A DNA stretch of 63,986 bases, counting the filler, from Sanchytrium tribonematis (Eukaryota): assembly GCA_018985235.1 (NCBI GenBank). It is 9 parts of 9 records of this genome, joined end to end, with 100 filler letters (N's around TTAATTAATTAA, not from the genome) between each part and the next. Parts side by side here need not be neighbours in the genome. Positions count along the whole stretch, not along the records: positions 43,894 to 51,071 come from JADGIG010000459.1; positions 51,172 to 58,338 come from JADGIG010000460.1; 7 more parts are not named here. One strand, given 5' to 3'. The position numbers and the translations under genes were made by a program. Positions 43,894 to 55,070 of the stretch are shown here, one piece after another (within the stretch, counting starts at the first letter, position 1; every line of letters begins with the position of its first letter). Below the pieces are notes generated by a model. The model worked only from the letters and a program-made list of their open reading frames with translations, had not been told where the DNA came from and did not search any database.

Positions 43894-44298
43894 AATAATA
43901 GCCATAGAGCAATTAATCGTAATGACCTGGGCCATAATCTAATGTCTTGTCAAAACATTACTTTGGAGAGTCCAGCTTGTAAGCCCAAAGCTATTGAAAA
44001 CACCGATGTACTAGTTGTTTATGCATTCAAAAATATGAAAAATTATTCCCTTCGAGTAAAAAAGCAGTACAAATTTAATTATCTGATTTATGTGAGTGAT
44101 TATTACGACTCAAAATTTAATCATTTTCTAAACAACATATTTACACCACTTCATGAAGCACCACCAAAAAATATTGACAACAACTATTACAAAAGCATTT
44201 ATAAATCCCTTCAAGTTAATTTAAGACCGAAGCACTACTTTTTAACCTTGAAATGTTTTCGCAGACTTGACAAATCTGTGCACGAAGATAAAATTTAG
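43894..44298 (+). CDS. Unknown protein, probable 3' fragment
   Basis: Open frame near the contig start, ending in TAG followed by AATAAA. Confidence 0.35.
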   Translation, partial: NNSHRAINRNDLGHNLMSCQNITLESPACKPKAIENTDVLVVYAFKNMKNYSLRVKKQYKFNYLIYVSDYYDSKFNHFLNNIFTPLHEAPPKNIDNNYYKSIYKSLQVNLRPKHYFLTLKCFRRLDKSVHEDKI

Positions 44299-44307
44299 CA
44301 AATAAAT

Positions 44308-45168
44308 TTATTTTAGGCTGTATTTAACAACAGTTCCTTCCTCAGAGGCGCAAACAGCTATTCCATTTTCAATATTTATACCACGGATCACTTCTAAATG
44401 AGCTGTTGTCGCCATTTTAATGGGCAAAAGAGAATCTTCTTGTATAGCAAAAATTCCTACAAAATATTCTTCATTGAATTCTAAACAGCAATAAAGATTG
44501 TCTCCATCAAAATCTATTATAGAGTGGAAACAATAATCATTAAATTTGTAGCTGGAAAGGGAACCAAAGTCGATACATTTTTCACCTTGCAAATTCCAGA
44601 TAGAAAATTGATTCATATCTGTTACCACATACAAATAGTTCCCAAATATTTTTGCGTACTGAATTGATACTTCTACATTACAAGTAATAAATTCAGATAA
44701 ATGCTCATCTATTGTATCTTCATCAAATCCCTGAAATTGCAGCAACTCTTCAATCTGCATTATATTAATTGTTCCATCGGTGGATGCACTAGTTAAGATA
44801 TTATTAGACATGCTTAAGTGGGAAATATCATTTCCATGCAAATAAAAAGATATAATTTCTTTGAGATTGTGAAATATTTTAAGCATGCCCATTTCATATC
44901 CCACTATAATGTAATCCAAATAATGACAAACACAAATCATTTTGCTACTTTCAATTATCGGACTGAGAGTATCTTCTAATGCGTAAATAATTGAATTAGA
45001 TATTAAAATTTTACCACTCCAATCAATAATTTCAGCTACTTGAGAGTGAATTATGTTGAGATCAAAATCCAAGAGAGTCAAACGATCTCCAATAAGAAGA
45101 TATCCCAAGTCTACTCGCTGTATTCCACGAATAAACTGTGAAGTAGAAACACAATTGCGAATCTCCAT
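44308..45168 (-). CDS. WD40-repeat protein (possibly WDR89-like)
   Basis: HGNDISHL...LTSASTDGTINI, FSIWN, HLEVIRGI...ASEEGTV. Confidence 0.65.
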   Translation of the reverse strand: MEIRNCVSTSQFIRGIQRVDLGYLLIGDRLTLLDFDLNIIHSQVAEIIDWSGKILISNSIIYALEDTLSPIIESSKMICVCHYLDYIIVGYEMGMLKIFHNLKEIISFYLHGNDISHLSMSNNILTSASTDGTINIMQIEELLQFQGFDEDTIDEHLSEFITCNVEVSIQYAKIFGNYLYVVTDMNQFSIWNLQGEKCIDFGSLSSYKFNDYCFHSIIDFDGDNLYCCLEFNEEYFVGIFAIQEDSLLPIKMATTAHLEVIRGINIENGIAVCASEEGTVVKYSLK

Positions 45169-45183
45169 GTGTAAGTCCCTTAT

Positions 45184-47509
45184 TTATTTGTGAATTGTCG
45201 CAACTAATTTGTCAATATCAGCATCCGAATCAAACGAAAGGGAAGTGAAAATATCCATAGTCCTTTCGATCTTGTCAGTATTTTGACAAATATCTAATTT
45301 GATACTAGTCTTATTTTTTAAGGCATCAAAAAATAATTTTGCCTTTTCAAGAAATAAAGTTGGCATCTCAGCATTTGCAGCACATTCTATTCCATAAGAG
45401 CCGTCAGCAAATCCACTCTCCAGCTCATACATGTAAGTTAATGTACCGTCTTCGTGCTTCAAAGTTGACATTTTATAAAATGTAATATTTAAATTTTTCA
45501 GAAACTTGTGTGCTTCAAGATGATGCGTGATAGCAAACACAAGAGACACTTCCGATCGGTCTTGCAAGTATTTCAAAGTGCTACTAAGCAAGCCAATACC
45601 ATCCTGATTTCTCGTGCCTTTTCCAAATTCATCCATAAGCAGAAGAGAATCTTTTGAATTTTTAATCGCATAGCTTATCTGCTGCAAATCAATCATAAAG
45701 CTAGACTTTTGCCGAGAAATTGTTTCAACGCTTTTGATTCTTGTCAAGATACGTTTAAATATCCCAATTGTACAAGTATCGCAAGGAACGAAGCTCCCTG
45801 CCTGTGCCATTACGGCAAGCATCCCAATTTGCTTTAGTAAAATTGACTTTCCACTATTATTTGGCCCAGTTATCAGAAAACATGCATGTGAGTCCTTAGT
45901 CGAGAATTTGTTTTTCACGAATTGATGGAGACACATTTCTTGAAGAATATGCCTGCCTCCGGTGAAAGATATTTCTGGATCCTCAACAATTTCTGGCTTA
46001 GTTAAATTGTATCGCTTTGCGGATTCCGTCAAACTAACCAGCGCATCAATTATACCGCAACATTTTTCTGCCTTAAACAGTAATGTTTGAAATTCTCTCA
46101 CAAATTTAATTAATTCGTAAAGAAATTCAATTTCTTTTTCAACTAGCATCTTTTGAATATCCCCAATTTCATTATCCATACTTAACATCAATTCATTCTT
46201 AAAATATAGTTTATGTTCCGATTTAAATTGAAATTCCCATTCTGCTTTTTCCAAAATCTCTTCGTCTGGTGCAACGTCATTTTCAAAGCTAAGGCAAGTC
46301 AGAAACCCAACTTGCGGCAAATATATAACATTGAGTGTCTCTGCTGTGGGATACATCTCACTCAAGGAAACTGTTGATAAAATCTTCTCGCTTGCATTAG
46401 TCAAATCTGAAGAGATGAAATCGTACTTTTTCCTTAAGTAGTCTAACTCGTCATCCAGACCAAGTTTTAGGCTTATTCGGCCTTCCAACTCACTCTTATC
46501 AAAATCTACAACCTGCTTTATCGTGGCACAAATTTCTCTAAGAGATTGGAGATCAAATTCTTGATTTAAAAGCAACAATGAGCATTCTGGATTTCCAACA
46601 CTCATTTCACATAAAACTTGATGAATTTTAAATATATTCTCGCAAAACTATATTAATTTGTGATACATTCAACAGACATTTCCACTCATAGTGAGAAGAA
46701 CTGGGAGTTATGTCATCCATGACTTTCCGAGGGCTTTTAAAGGCCAACAACCTTAACAATCTCTTGCTCAAAGATTCATTTCTAGGCAAGAGCATCTCCT
46801 GAATAGCTTTCTGTCTATTCTCTATAATTCCAATGTCAGTACTTGGCATGCTAAACCATTGCCTCAAAGTCCTGTAGCCTATTTTCGATTTTGTAAAGTT
46901 CATAATTCCGAAAAGAGTAAGGCCTTCTTTGCTACTTTTCATGCTTTGATTTGGGTGGCTTTCAATCTCAAAAATATCCAAAGAAAGATAGGCATCTTCA
47001 TTCAATAGCATGACATCATCAACATCACTAAAAATAATTTCGGATATTTCTGCATCATGGCCTAAACTTGTCAGGTATCCCAAAACCACGTTGAAGCAGC
47101 AATAAATCAAATATTGGCCATCGGATATAATCTGGTCAATTTCAATTTCAGACTTGTTAAAATGTTTAGCAATTTGGCGTTTGCCATGTTCCGCGTTAAA
47201 CTCCATGCTTGGCCTTAATTCAAATGGAATTTGTCTCATTTCACAAATCTCCATTTCCTTGTTACTCTTTGAGTTTAACAGAATATTTGCTGGTTCATAA
47301 TATGTGACTACTCTGTCAAAACTGTCATCAGCAACACATCGATCAGCAACAATGTGAAATTCATTTTCTACCAAACAACACATTGCATAATTTTTTTGAT
47401 CAGTAAAGAAACTCATTATTTTATGAATTTTGGGTTGTTGGTCTGAAAGTTTAGCTTGAGCAGCATTTTGTGAGACTTGTGAGTATTCAGAGCTTGGCAT
47501 GAATGTCAT
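45184..47509 (-). CDS. MSH5: MutS homologue 5 (meiotic), two exons
   Basis: SKEGLTLFGIMN, YLPQVGFL, GPNNSGKS, SSFMIDLQQ, LMDEFGKGT, SYGIECA; joined by intron 46648-46666. Confidence 0.88.
46648..46666 (-). other. 19-nt spliceosomal intron
   Basis: GTATCACAAATTAATATAG; removal gives CLLN-FCENIFKIHQVLCEMSVG in frame. Confidence 0.87.
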
Positions 47510-47639
47510 TGTGTTTCATCTAATTCGTGACAATTCGTTGAGAGTGAGCAATGAGTTGAAATAAATCAAGTGGTTTGATAATAATACTTTAAAAATGATA
47601 ATGACGGAACAATGGGGTAAATAATGAACCATAATAGAT

Positions 47640-47972
47640 TTATTCGATATTTATTTTCTTGTGAAATTCTGGATTTTTGCCAATCTTCAATTGTAGCACT
47701 CCATTTTCATATTTCGCTTCAATCAAATCCTTGTTCACATCATTTGGCAATCTGTATGCCTTTTCAAGTTCTCTGTTATCATTCTTTGCATCTACATGCA
47801 ATACATCATCTTTGATTTCAATTGAGATGTCTTCCTTTCTAAATCCTGGTGCGTCCATGAAAATTTCATAATCTCCCTCGTTTTCCTTAATTTCGGTGTT
47901 TGGAGTATATCTTTTGTTGTTGAGAGTATAGAAGTTTCTTGGCTCGTAGTAATTGACTCTGCAGCAGCTCAT
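47640..47972 (-). CDS. Small heat-shock protein (Hsp20/alpha-crystallin)
   Basis: DAPGFRKEDISIE, YRLPNDV..IEAKYENGVL; ATG at 47972. Confidence 0.9.
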   Translation of the reverse strand: MSCCRVNYYEPRNFYTLNNKRYTPNTEIKENEGDYEIFMDAPGFRKEDISIEIKDDVLHVDAKNDNRELEKAYRLPNDVNKDLIEAKYENGVLQLKIGKNPEFHKKINIE

Positions 47973-47994
47973 TGTATTACAAATGAATAGCGCA

Positions 47995-48045
47995 CTTTTA
48001 TACCTAATGGAATTTTCCAGCCTTTTCTGATTGGGGTTCTCGAAT
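47995..48045 (-). promoter_or_regulatory. Hsp20 promoter: TATA box, heat-shock elements and CCAAT box
   Basis: TATAAAAG at 48002-47995; GGAATTTTCC (48009-48018) and GTTCTCGAAT (48036-48045) match inverted nGAAn repeats; CCAATCAG lies between them. Confidence 0.7.
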
Positions 48046-48145
48046 AATCGGGTTGAGTAAGGAACCAAAGTCAATGTGTGATGTGGAATCATGCCACAAA
48101 ATTACAAATTTCAGTTCAGTGTAATTTTTTCTTTGAAACGGGATC

Positions 48146-48331
48146 ATGGATTCAACTTTTACAAACAGGGAAAATGTCGAATTACTTAACAAAATATCTC
48201 AAATACTGAATACAGGATTAGACCAAGAAACTTTGGTCAAATGTATTGAACTTCTTCAAGGTGGTGCAGATCCATTTGCATTAGCAGCGGTTATGAAAGA
48301 ATTGAGACAACTCAGTGCAAAGGAGCAATAA
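48146..48331 (+). CDS. MZT1: Mitotic spindle organizing protein 1 (MOZART1)
   Basis: ISQILNTGLDQETLVKCIELLQGGADPFALAAVMKELR. Confidence 0.88.
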   Translation: MDSTFTNRENVELLNKISQILNTGLDQETLVKCIELLQGGADPFALAAVMKELRQLSAKEQ

Positions 48332-48333
48332 AT

Positions 48334-49048
48334 TTATTTACTTAATATTATTAAAAATCCTAGAATAAAATAGAACAAAAAAATGGGATACACCTTAATA
48401 AGAAGAAAATACTGCTAATAATCTTTTTTCCTGTAAACTATCAATAGACAAAAATCCGATAGAGGACCAGACTGACCAGGCAAGTGCAATCCCCACTACA
48501 ATCATTCTAATAAATATAATTTTTATAATGAAGCAAACAACAGCTGCAATTAGAAGCGGAAATAAGCAGTATCCGAGTACACAAACGGATTGTAAAATAC
48601 TGATTTTGCCACCTAATAATTTAGCATTCAAGGTAACAACAATAGAACCTAACCATACTACTGCAAAAGTGGTTGAGAAGACAAGAGGCATTTGATCTCC
48701 AGTATTTTCTGCACTTAATACAATTGCCAAAGTCAAACATAATAATAAAGGACCCCATAAATCCCAGTTTTTGAGTAAGTCTTCATCATTTGCGACTGGC
48801 ACGATCACTTTTTTCATCTTCCGCCAAACATTTTCCAAGTCCCTTTTAATAGTAACAGAGACTGGTTCATCTAAGGTATCCCAATTTTGCGTTTGAACCG
48901 GTGCTGATTGTTGCGGTCGGGGTGAATGAGCAGTTGAAGGTTGCGGTTTGGTAGGTGACTGTCTAGAGTTTGAGGATGGTATACTGCTTGCAGCGTTTAA
49001 TATTTGTAATTCCTCTGCTGTTAAATCTTGAGAGAGTGGAGTTTGCAT
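48334..49048 (-). CDS. Yip1-family protein (YIPF6/Yip4-like), two exons
   Basis: TLDEPV..TIKRDL, WDLWGPL, QSVCVLGYC; removing the intron gives LLAVYPIFLFYF. Confidence 0.88.
48394..48412 (-). other. 19-nt spliceosomal intron
   Basis: GTATTTTCTTCTTATTAAG; restores the conserved LAVYP.FLFY. Confidence 0.9.
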
Positions 49049-49080
49049 CAGATTTAATTCTCCTTGAAAAAGTATAAATT

Positions 49081-49834
49081 TTACTGAGTAGAAGCTGCCT
49101 TTTTAGCTGCTAAATCAGCTTCCTTTTGACTTTCAATATCTTTGACAGCAAGCTCTAAGTGTTCCTGTTCAACATGAGATATTTTACCATCTTTTAGCAT
49201 TACTACTTCGATATTTTGACTTCCACTTTGGACCACTTCAAGTAAACCTTTAAGGCATAAAACCAGAGCTTCTTCATCTGTCAAATCATCTTTATAAAAT
49301 TTTTCTAAATATTCTTTCACTGAGTTGGCATTTCTGCCGATTGCAGAGGCTTTCCATTCCGAGCAAACTCCCTAAATTAAATTGTTTTACACTTGGGTCG
49401 GTTTGGTATAATTTGGGATCCGTATCCTTACCAATAAACAAAGCGCTAATTCCAAATGGGCGCTTGCCCCCACTTTGAGTATACTTTTGTTGGATTTGAG
49501 CAACATGTTTGGCTAGATATTCAGTCGTTGGAGCATCATCCAAGGTCAGCCTATAACTTTGAGCTTCAACTCTGGCTTGATCAATTAATACTCTAGCATC
49601 TGCACTCAGACCAGCAAATGCACAAGCCACATGTCGGTCGATGTAAAGAATCTTCTTAATTGTTCTTGGGTTTTGCAAATTTAAAACAGATTTCTTTTCA
49701 ACAGCTAAAATTGCGATAGTTTTGGTACGAAGTCCAACAACTAAATTTCCCTTTTTCACTGCTTCATTTGCGTAGTCTACTTGAAATAACTTTCCGTCTG
49801 GACTGAAGATAGACAATGCACGATCGTAAGCCAT
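49081..49834 (-). CDS. PRE6: 20S proteasome subunit alpha-4 (PSMA7), two exons
   Basis: [30 protein letters not shown]; spliced junction reads [18 protein letters not shown]. Confidence 0.93.
49372..49390 (-). other. 19-nt spliceosomal intron
   Basis: GTAAAACAATTTAATTTAG; restores TDPSG..EWKA.AIGR. Confidence 0.92.
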
Positions 49835-49962
49835 GGAGTTTTGTAACAAAAAATATCAAGACACATAAACAAACATTCTGAAAAAAAACGATTTACTAAC
49901 CTCAATTTCGCAAATATATATTCAGTGTCATAAAAAAGCTCACATCTGAGGAAGGGTTGTAA

Positions 49963-50256
49963 TTAAATATTAGCTGCCGCGTATTTAGCTACTATTCTCT
50001 CCAATCTGTGCTCAAACAGTTCGATCTCTTTTAGTTTTTGCTTGTTTTCTTGAAGCTGCTTATACAGGCTAGCTTTATTTCCTTCTTCGATCGCATTGAT
50101 AATGGGAAAACCTTGTAATTGTGATCGCATATTCAGCTTATCTTGAGGAGTTCGTTTGTGTAAATAATATGCGTTGATATACAGACTTCCATACACCAAA
50201 GTGCAGACAGTAGTAATCATTAAATTTTTCATTGTGGATTTGTTTCCTTGTTTCAT
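49963..50256 (-). CDS. Small single-TM protein, unknown function
   Basis: One hydrophobic segment plus a coiled tail; ATG at 50256 or 50232. Confidence 0.4.
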   Translation of the reverse strand: MKQGNKSTMKNLMITTVCTLVYGSLYINAYYLHKRTPQDKLNMRSQLQGFPIINAIEEGNKASLYKQLQENKQKLKEIELFEHRLERIVAKYAAANI

Positions 50257-51071
50257 GGATACTGACCTTTTTTCTAGTTCAAATGATATAATGAATGAAA
50301 TAAATCCATCTTACAAAATTATTTCTTTTAGGTTGGAAGAGATCTTACACTCTTTTACTAAGAGTTTACTGACAAATGGAAAACTTAAAATTAATAGAAC
50401 TGTTGTAGGAACCGGAGAGCCAAGAAAATTGAGGCAAATGCTATTCGTAATCAAGCAGGTGATTCGAAGTTGTAGAGCAAATCAAACTAGCACAATACGG
50501 GACTTGTACTATATGGATGTAGAATTAATGGAATCTACAAGAATAGTGAAACAAATACTTGTTCAGATTTCCAAATGTGTCCAGATTGAGCTGAACAAGT
50601 TTCCATTCCTACCATCGCTAAAAGGACTTATCTTTGGATCATGTAGACTAGTGGTGGAAGGTCAACTTATAGACACAATTACTCAACCTGTTTTAATTCC
50701 ACATGTTCAAACAATTGATAGGTGTGATTTTTACGGCAGAAAAATGTTGTTAATTGTGGAAAAAGATGCTGTTTTCCAGAGTCTTGTACAACTGAGTCTA
50801 AGTGGCTCAATAAGTAATCTGGTTTTGATTACCGGAAAAGGATTCCCAGACGGTAATACCACTAATTTTATTCAAAAATATGGAAGATTGTTTCAAACCG
50901 TTCACTGCTTGGTAGATTTGGATCCACATGGATTATGGATTTACAAGACTTATAGTAGAGCGGTTGCCTTTAGAGTTACCCTTATGAAAATTCGAATCAA
51001 GGATTTCTGCGAGATGAACATGAATGCAAGAGATTATAAACTGCTAAGACAATTGTGCACTGATCCATTGA
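50255..51071 (+). CDS. SPO11: Meiotic transesterase Spo11, 3' cut
   Basis: TIRDLYY (catalytic Tyr), KGLIFG, LIVEKDAVF, LITGKGFPD, LVDLDPHG TOPRIM motifs. Confidence 0.9.
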
Positions 51072-51171
51072 NNNNNNNNNNNNNNNNNNNNNNNNNNNNN
51101 NNNNNNNNNNNNNNNTTAATTAATTAANNNNNNNNNNNNNNNNNNNNNNNNNNNNNNNNNNNNNNNNNNNN
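51072..51171. other. Artificial contig spacer
   Basis: N44-TTAATTAATTAA-N44. Confidence 0.97.
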
Positions 51172-51763
51172 CACTTTGATTGGCAAATTTAGTGTTGACT
51201 TCAGAGCCTTCATAATGAATGGGGCTATAAATCTGCTGCAAAAACATATCCTTGATATCTTCAAATGATTTTCCTTTTAAATGGGAACAATATCGTGTTT
51301 TAGATTTATCTGTTGTAGAGGCTAGACTAAATGAGCCAGAGCAAGAAATGTGAGTAATTTTTGAAGTCAAATGGCGAATTTCAATATTGGATGGCGCATC
51401 ATGAAACTCTCCTTGGCAAAGCAAATCGAATCCATTCTCATTCATCAAGGCAAGTAATTTTGCAAGTTTTGCACCGTCTTTGATAACCGAATTATACTTT
51501 TTCAAGACTTGCTCACCAATCGCATTCAATTTCACATCATCACTCATTCTTTCACCTTCTTGATCTTCATTCGTCTTCTCTTCATCATCAATTTCAATGT
51601 TAGTTGGTAGATCCGACCCAAACTCATTAGTTGACAGTACTTCCGTATATTTCTTCTTTGGCTGCTTTCTCAACTCAATTTTAGTAGGCAAATTGGTAAT
51701 TTTGGGCAAGATACGTTCATTTTGATCGCAGGCATCATTCAGAGTGAACTCCTCTGGTTTCAT
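51172..51763 (-). CDS. Unknown acidic protein, 3' cut; overlaps the end of the LRR gene
   Basis: About 197 open codons with no recognisable motif. Confidence 0.35.
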
Positions 51764-52583
51764 TAGTTGGCGCCGTATCGTTTAAATAAGCAAGTGGATT
51801 AAATGATAAATCACATTTAGTCAACCCTGTGGCATCCAAAATGGTCACATTGGTAATATGATTGTGTGAAACATCAAATTGAATTGGTTTTTGAATTATC
51901 AAAGGTCCCTGAAACAAGTTATATTTTAAGTACGCTTCATAATAAAGCGTGCTCAATTGAACGCATCCAGTCATAAAATTATTAGACACATCTAAATAGG
52001 TAATGGAGGTCGGAATTGAAGGTAGATTCCCGGTAATTTTGTTTCCATTTACTCTAAACATATAGGGACCCTTTGGAATTATATTGGGGATACGAGTATA
52101 TTCGCAAAGCCATCCTTGGAATAATTGGAGATGCGGAGCAACATCAAATAAATGTTCCAAACTACCATTAAATTTAGCAGCCACTAATTCCAAAGTGATC
52201 AAATTGGGAGGCAATTTTATAGGCAATTGACCGTACATCTTGTTAGAACCAAGAGTCAATTGTCTAATTGAACTGGGCAAGTCATCTGGAATCGGTCCTT
52301 TCACTGAATTAATGTAAACACTAAAAATTGTTACAGCATTTGGAATAGCTGTGCTATTAATCACTCCATTAATCTTCATAAAGTCAAAACGAATTTCCTT
52401 GACGCGCTGTGTGCTATTTGATCCAGTACAGACTACATAACCATTGACATTACAACAATCCGTGATCATTTGATTGTAAATTAATGGATCTGTTTGAGAC
52501 ATATTCAACCCTATGGCTAAATTAATCATATCTGGACAATCTCTAGAGAGTGAGTAAATACTTGGTAAAAAAACCATCAACAT
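51735..52583 (-). CDS. Secreted plant-type leucine-rich-repeat protein
   Basis: MLMVFLPSIYS signal, DCP...DCC...C cap, LxxNxxxGxlP repeats, CDLSFNPL. Confidence 0.75.
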   Translation of the reverse strand: MLMVFLPSIYSLSRDCPDMINLAIGLNMSQTDPLIYNQMITDCCNVNGYVVCTGSNSTQRVKEIRFDFMKINGVINSTAIPNAVTIFSVYINSVKGPIPDDLPSSIRQLTLGSNKMYGQLPIKLPPNLITLELVAAKFNGSLEHLFDVAPHLQLFQGWLCEYTRIPNIIPKGPYMFRVNGNKITGNLPSIPTSITYLDVSNNFMTGCVQLSTLYYEAYLKYNLFQGPLIIQKPIQFDVSHNHITNVTILDATGLTKCDLSFNPLAYLNDTAPTNETRGVHSE

Positions 52584-52766
52584 TTTAAAAATAGAGATGA
52601 AACTTGCCCTAGGTTGAACCAATTAAGTAGCCCAGACGTAGAAGAAGAAATTTTATTAAAGAAATCGATTGCCTGGAATACCAGTACAGCAATCTCTTAT
52701 ATTCAATTATCCAAGACACATTGTAGACATAAACAATGTTATTTTTAAAATGTCTCAGATTTAAAA

Positions 52767-53533
52767 TCAATATTTGCTATTCAAATACCCACTTTTATAA
52801 GGAGTATCAGATGAACCAGATATTAAACTAATGACAGAAGTGGGTACATCTACGTAATAATGTAAATTGTTATTTGGTGTGTAATTTGGGAATGCCTCGT
52901 TTGGACGTGCAACAACTTTATAATCAAATAAAGTAGGATTCTGTTGCTGTGTTCCATTCACGATATCATTTATACATTTCACTTCTGTCATATTTCGATG
53001 TGGAATTGAGCAATACGATTTACCATAACAAGTTTGACCTTGACACAATACTGTTCTCGTGTATGCGATTTGAAATAAATCATATTTGGTGTCATTCGTA
53101 GCTATTGGAATCACAATTTTGTCTACGAATCCATCAACATTGGTGAAATCCAAGTCAACCCCATTAATCATCTCTTGACGCGTGACTGTAAATAAATCTG
53201 TACACGTCGTGGTCACTGAGAATTCGAATCCAGCACCACTAGATGAGATCTTGCTGGCACAATATGATAGTGGGAAACCATCATAAATATTCCGATCTGT
53301 ATCCATTTCAAAATACAACTTAAAAATTCTGAAGCCTGAATCAGAGGTGATACCAAATGAAGTGAATTCTTAATTGAATGAATTAGACTGGTGATTTGTG
53401 GGGAATGGAATGTGTTGAAGCAAGTGGATGCTGTGAGACCCATTTGATTTTGTTGATAAGCCACTGAATTGTTGATGAAAATGTGCTGTTTTACAACGAC
53501 GTGATGTTGCATGTGTCTTACAGGTGTGATCAA
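52767..53533 (-). pseudogene. Disrupted Cys/Thr-rich extracellular-type protein fragment
   Basis: The 183-aa ORF extends upstream only through a stop or frameshift at ~53370; no clear start. Confidence 0.35.
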
Positions 53534-53568
53534 GCCATTTTAATTGATGTGTGCGAAATCTTATTACG

Positions 53569-54231
53569 TTATTTATTGGCGATACATTCATTAGCAATGA
53601 GCAAAAGTCGATTGGCGAAAGTTTGAATATTTGGATTTGAGTCGTATTTTCGATTTAATTGAGATAAAACCTCTCTTATTACTTCGATTTGATCCTTCAT
53701 AGCTGCTTTTTGATGCAAGCTACTACTTTTCACATAATCCAATCTCCTTTTAATATCAATCAGTATAACCAGAGGATCCATATTTGTGAAGATTTTAGTA
53801 ACAATTTTGACTTCTTCATTTAATTGTGTTTTTCTATTTACGTTATCAGTTCCAATATTTGGCATGTTGTCTAGACGTTTTAAAGTAGTTTTCAATTCAA
53901 TTAGTGAAACTATGTCAACGCGATCTTCAGAGACAATTCCGTGCAATTTTAATTGTATATTGTTGAGGGCCTGTGTCGCTTGTGCTTGAATCATACTGGA
54001 AGAGTTCGGGATAGAATTTGATGGTGAAGATATCGATAGTCCATTTAACAAATGAACTAGATCTTGATTTGTTACTTCTTTTTTGTATTCTGCCTTTTTT
54101 TCTTCTTCTTCTTCTTCTTTTTCTTCATAGGATGGCCTTTTGCAAGGAGCATCAACTATCGTATCATCATCCCCACTTCCTCTTTTCGTTGGAATTGCAT
54201 ACAACAAAACAGTGATTATTATGAAATGCAT
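53569..54231 (-). CDS. Putative secreted effector-like protein
   Basis: MHFIIITVLLYA-IP, then KR...KR and a poly-E tract before a helical domain. Confidence 0.6.
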   Translation of the reverse strand: MHFIIITVLLYAIPTKRGSGDDDTIVDAPCKRPSYEEKEEEEEEKKAEYKKEVTNQDLVHLLNGLSISSPSNSIPNSSSMIQAQATQALNNIQLKLHGIVSEDRVDIVSLIELKTTLKRLDNMPNIGTDNVNRKTQLNEEVKIVTKIFTNMDPLVILIDIKRRLDYVKSSSLHQKAAMKDQIEVIREVLSQLNRKYDSNPNIQTFANRLLLIANECIANK

Positions 54232-54320
54232 TTGAACTGCAAGGAGATATGCGTAATTATTTTGGTACTACAAGGAGTGATTTGTACTCTATTGTACTCT
54301 ATTGTGTCAAACAATCAAAT

Positions 54321-55070
54321 TTATTCTCTCTTCACTGCTTCCATCACAATACTAGGTGTATGTCCCTTTAATGGATCCCAATATTCATGTCCTAATTTAG
54401 AATTAGTCGGAATCGTCAATGGCACCAATTTAAAACTCATACCACATTCACGAAATGCATCCTCATGACATTTCAATGGCATATAGTAATTATAAAACTC
54501 TGCTTTGGTTTCTCCATTGGTTAAAATGACTTTTAATGGACAACCAATAGGCGCATTTTGTTTATTATCACATTCCAAATATTTGATATATCCATATTTG
54601 GCGTATCGATGTGGATCTGTATAATCTGCAATTGGATTACAATTTAATGACACAAATTTACCTTTTGATTTCAAATGCGTGGCAATGGTTTTAACGAATT
54701 TCATCAACATGGTTTCACTAGATGCATAATTTAATAAAAAAGAAGCAGTGACCATGTCGAATACACCCAATTGTAATTCAGATAGATCTGTACAGTCTCC
54801 TACATGGTACTCAATATTAGATCCATGTGATTTTGCCATTTTGATTTGTGTTTCACTTAAATCAACACCGACGTCTGTTGCACCCATTTGATGGTATAAT
54901 CTAGAGTATCTACCATCCCCACATGCTAGATCTAATACGCGCATACCCTGGATATCACCCACTTGCTTTAATAAACTGGGTTGTTCCATTTCGATGGACA
55001 TTGGTAATTCAGAGTGGACTAAGTAGTCAGTGGCAATCTCATCGTATTCTGCTTTGACTTGAATGGGCAT
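54321..55070 (-). CDS. Class I SAM-dependent methyltransferase
   Basis: VLDLACGDG, GVDLS, FDMVTASFLLNYA. Confidence 0.88.
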   Translation of the reverse strand: MPIQVKAEYDEIATDYLVHSELPMSIEMEQPSLLKQVGDIQGMRVLDLACGDGRYSRLYHQMGATDVGVDLSETQIKMAKSHGSNIEYHVGDCTDLSELQLGVFDMVTASFLLNYASSETMLMKFVKTIATHLKSKGKFVSLNCNPIADYTDPHRYAKYGYIKYLECDNKQNAPIGCPLKVILTNGETKAEFYNYYMPLKCHEDAFRECGMSFKLVPLTIPTNSKLGHEYWDPLKGHTPSIVMEAVKRE

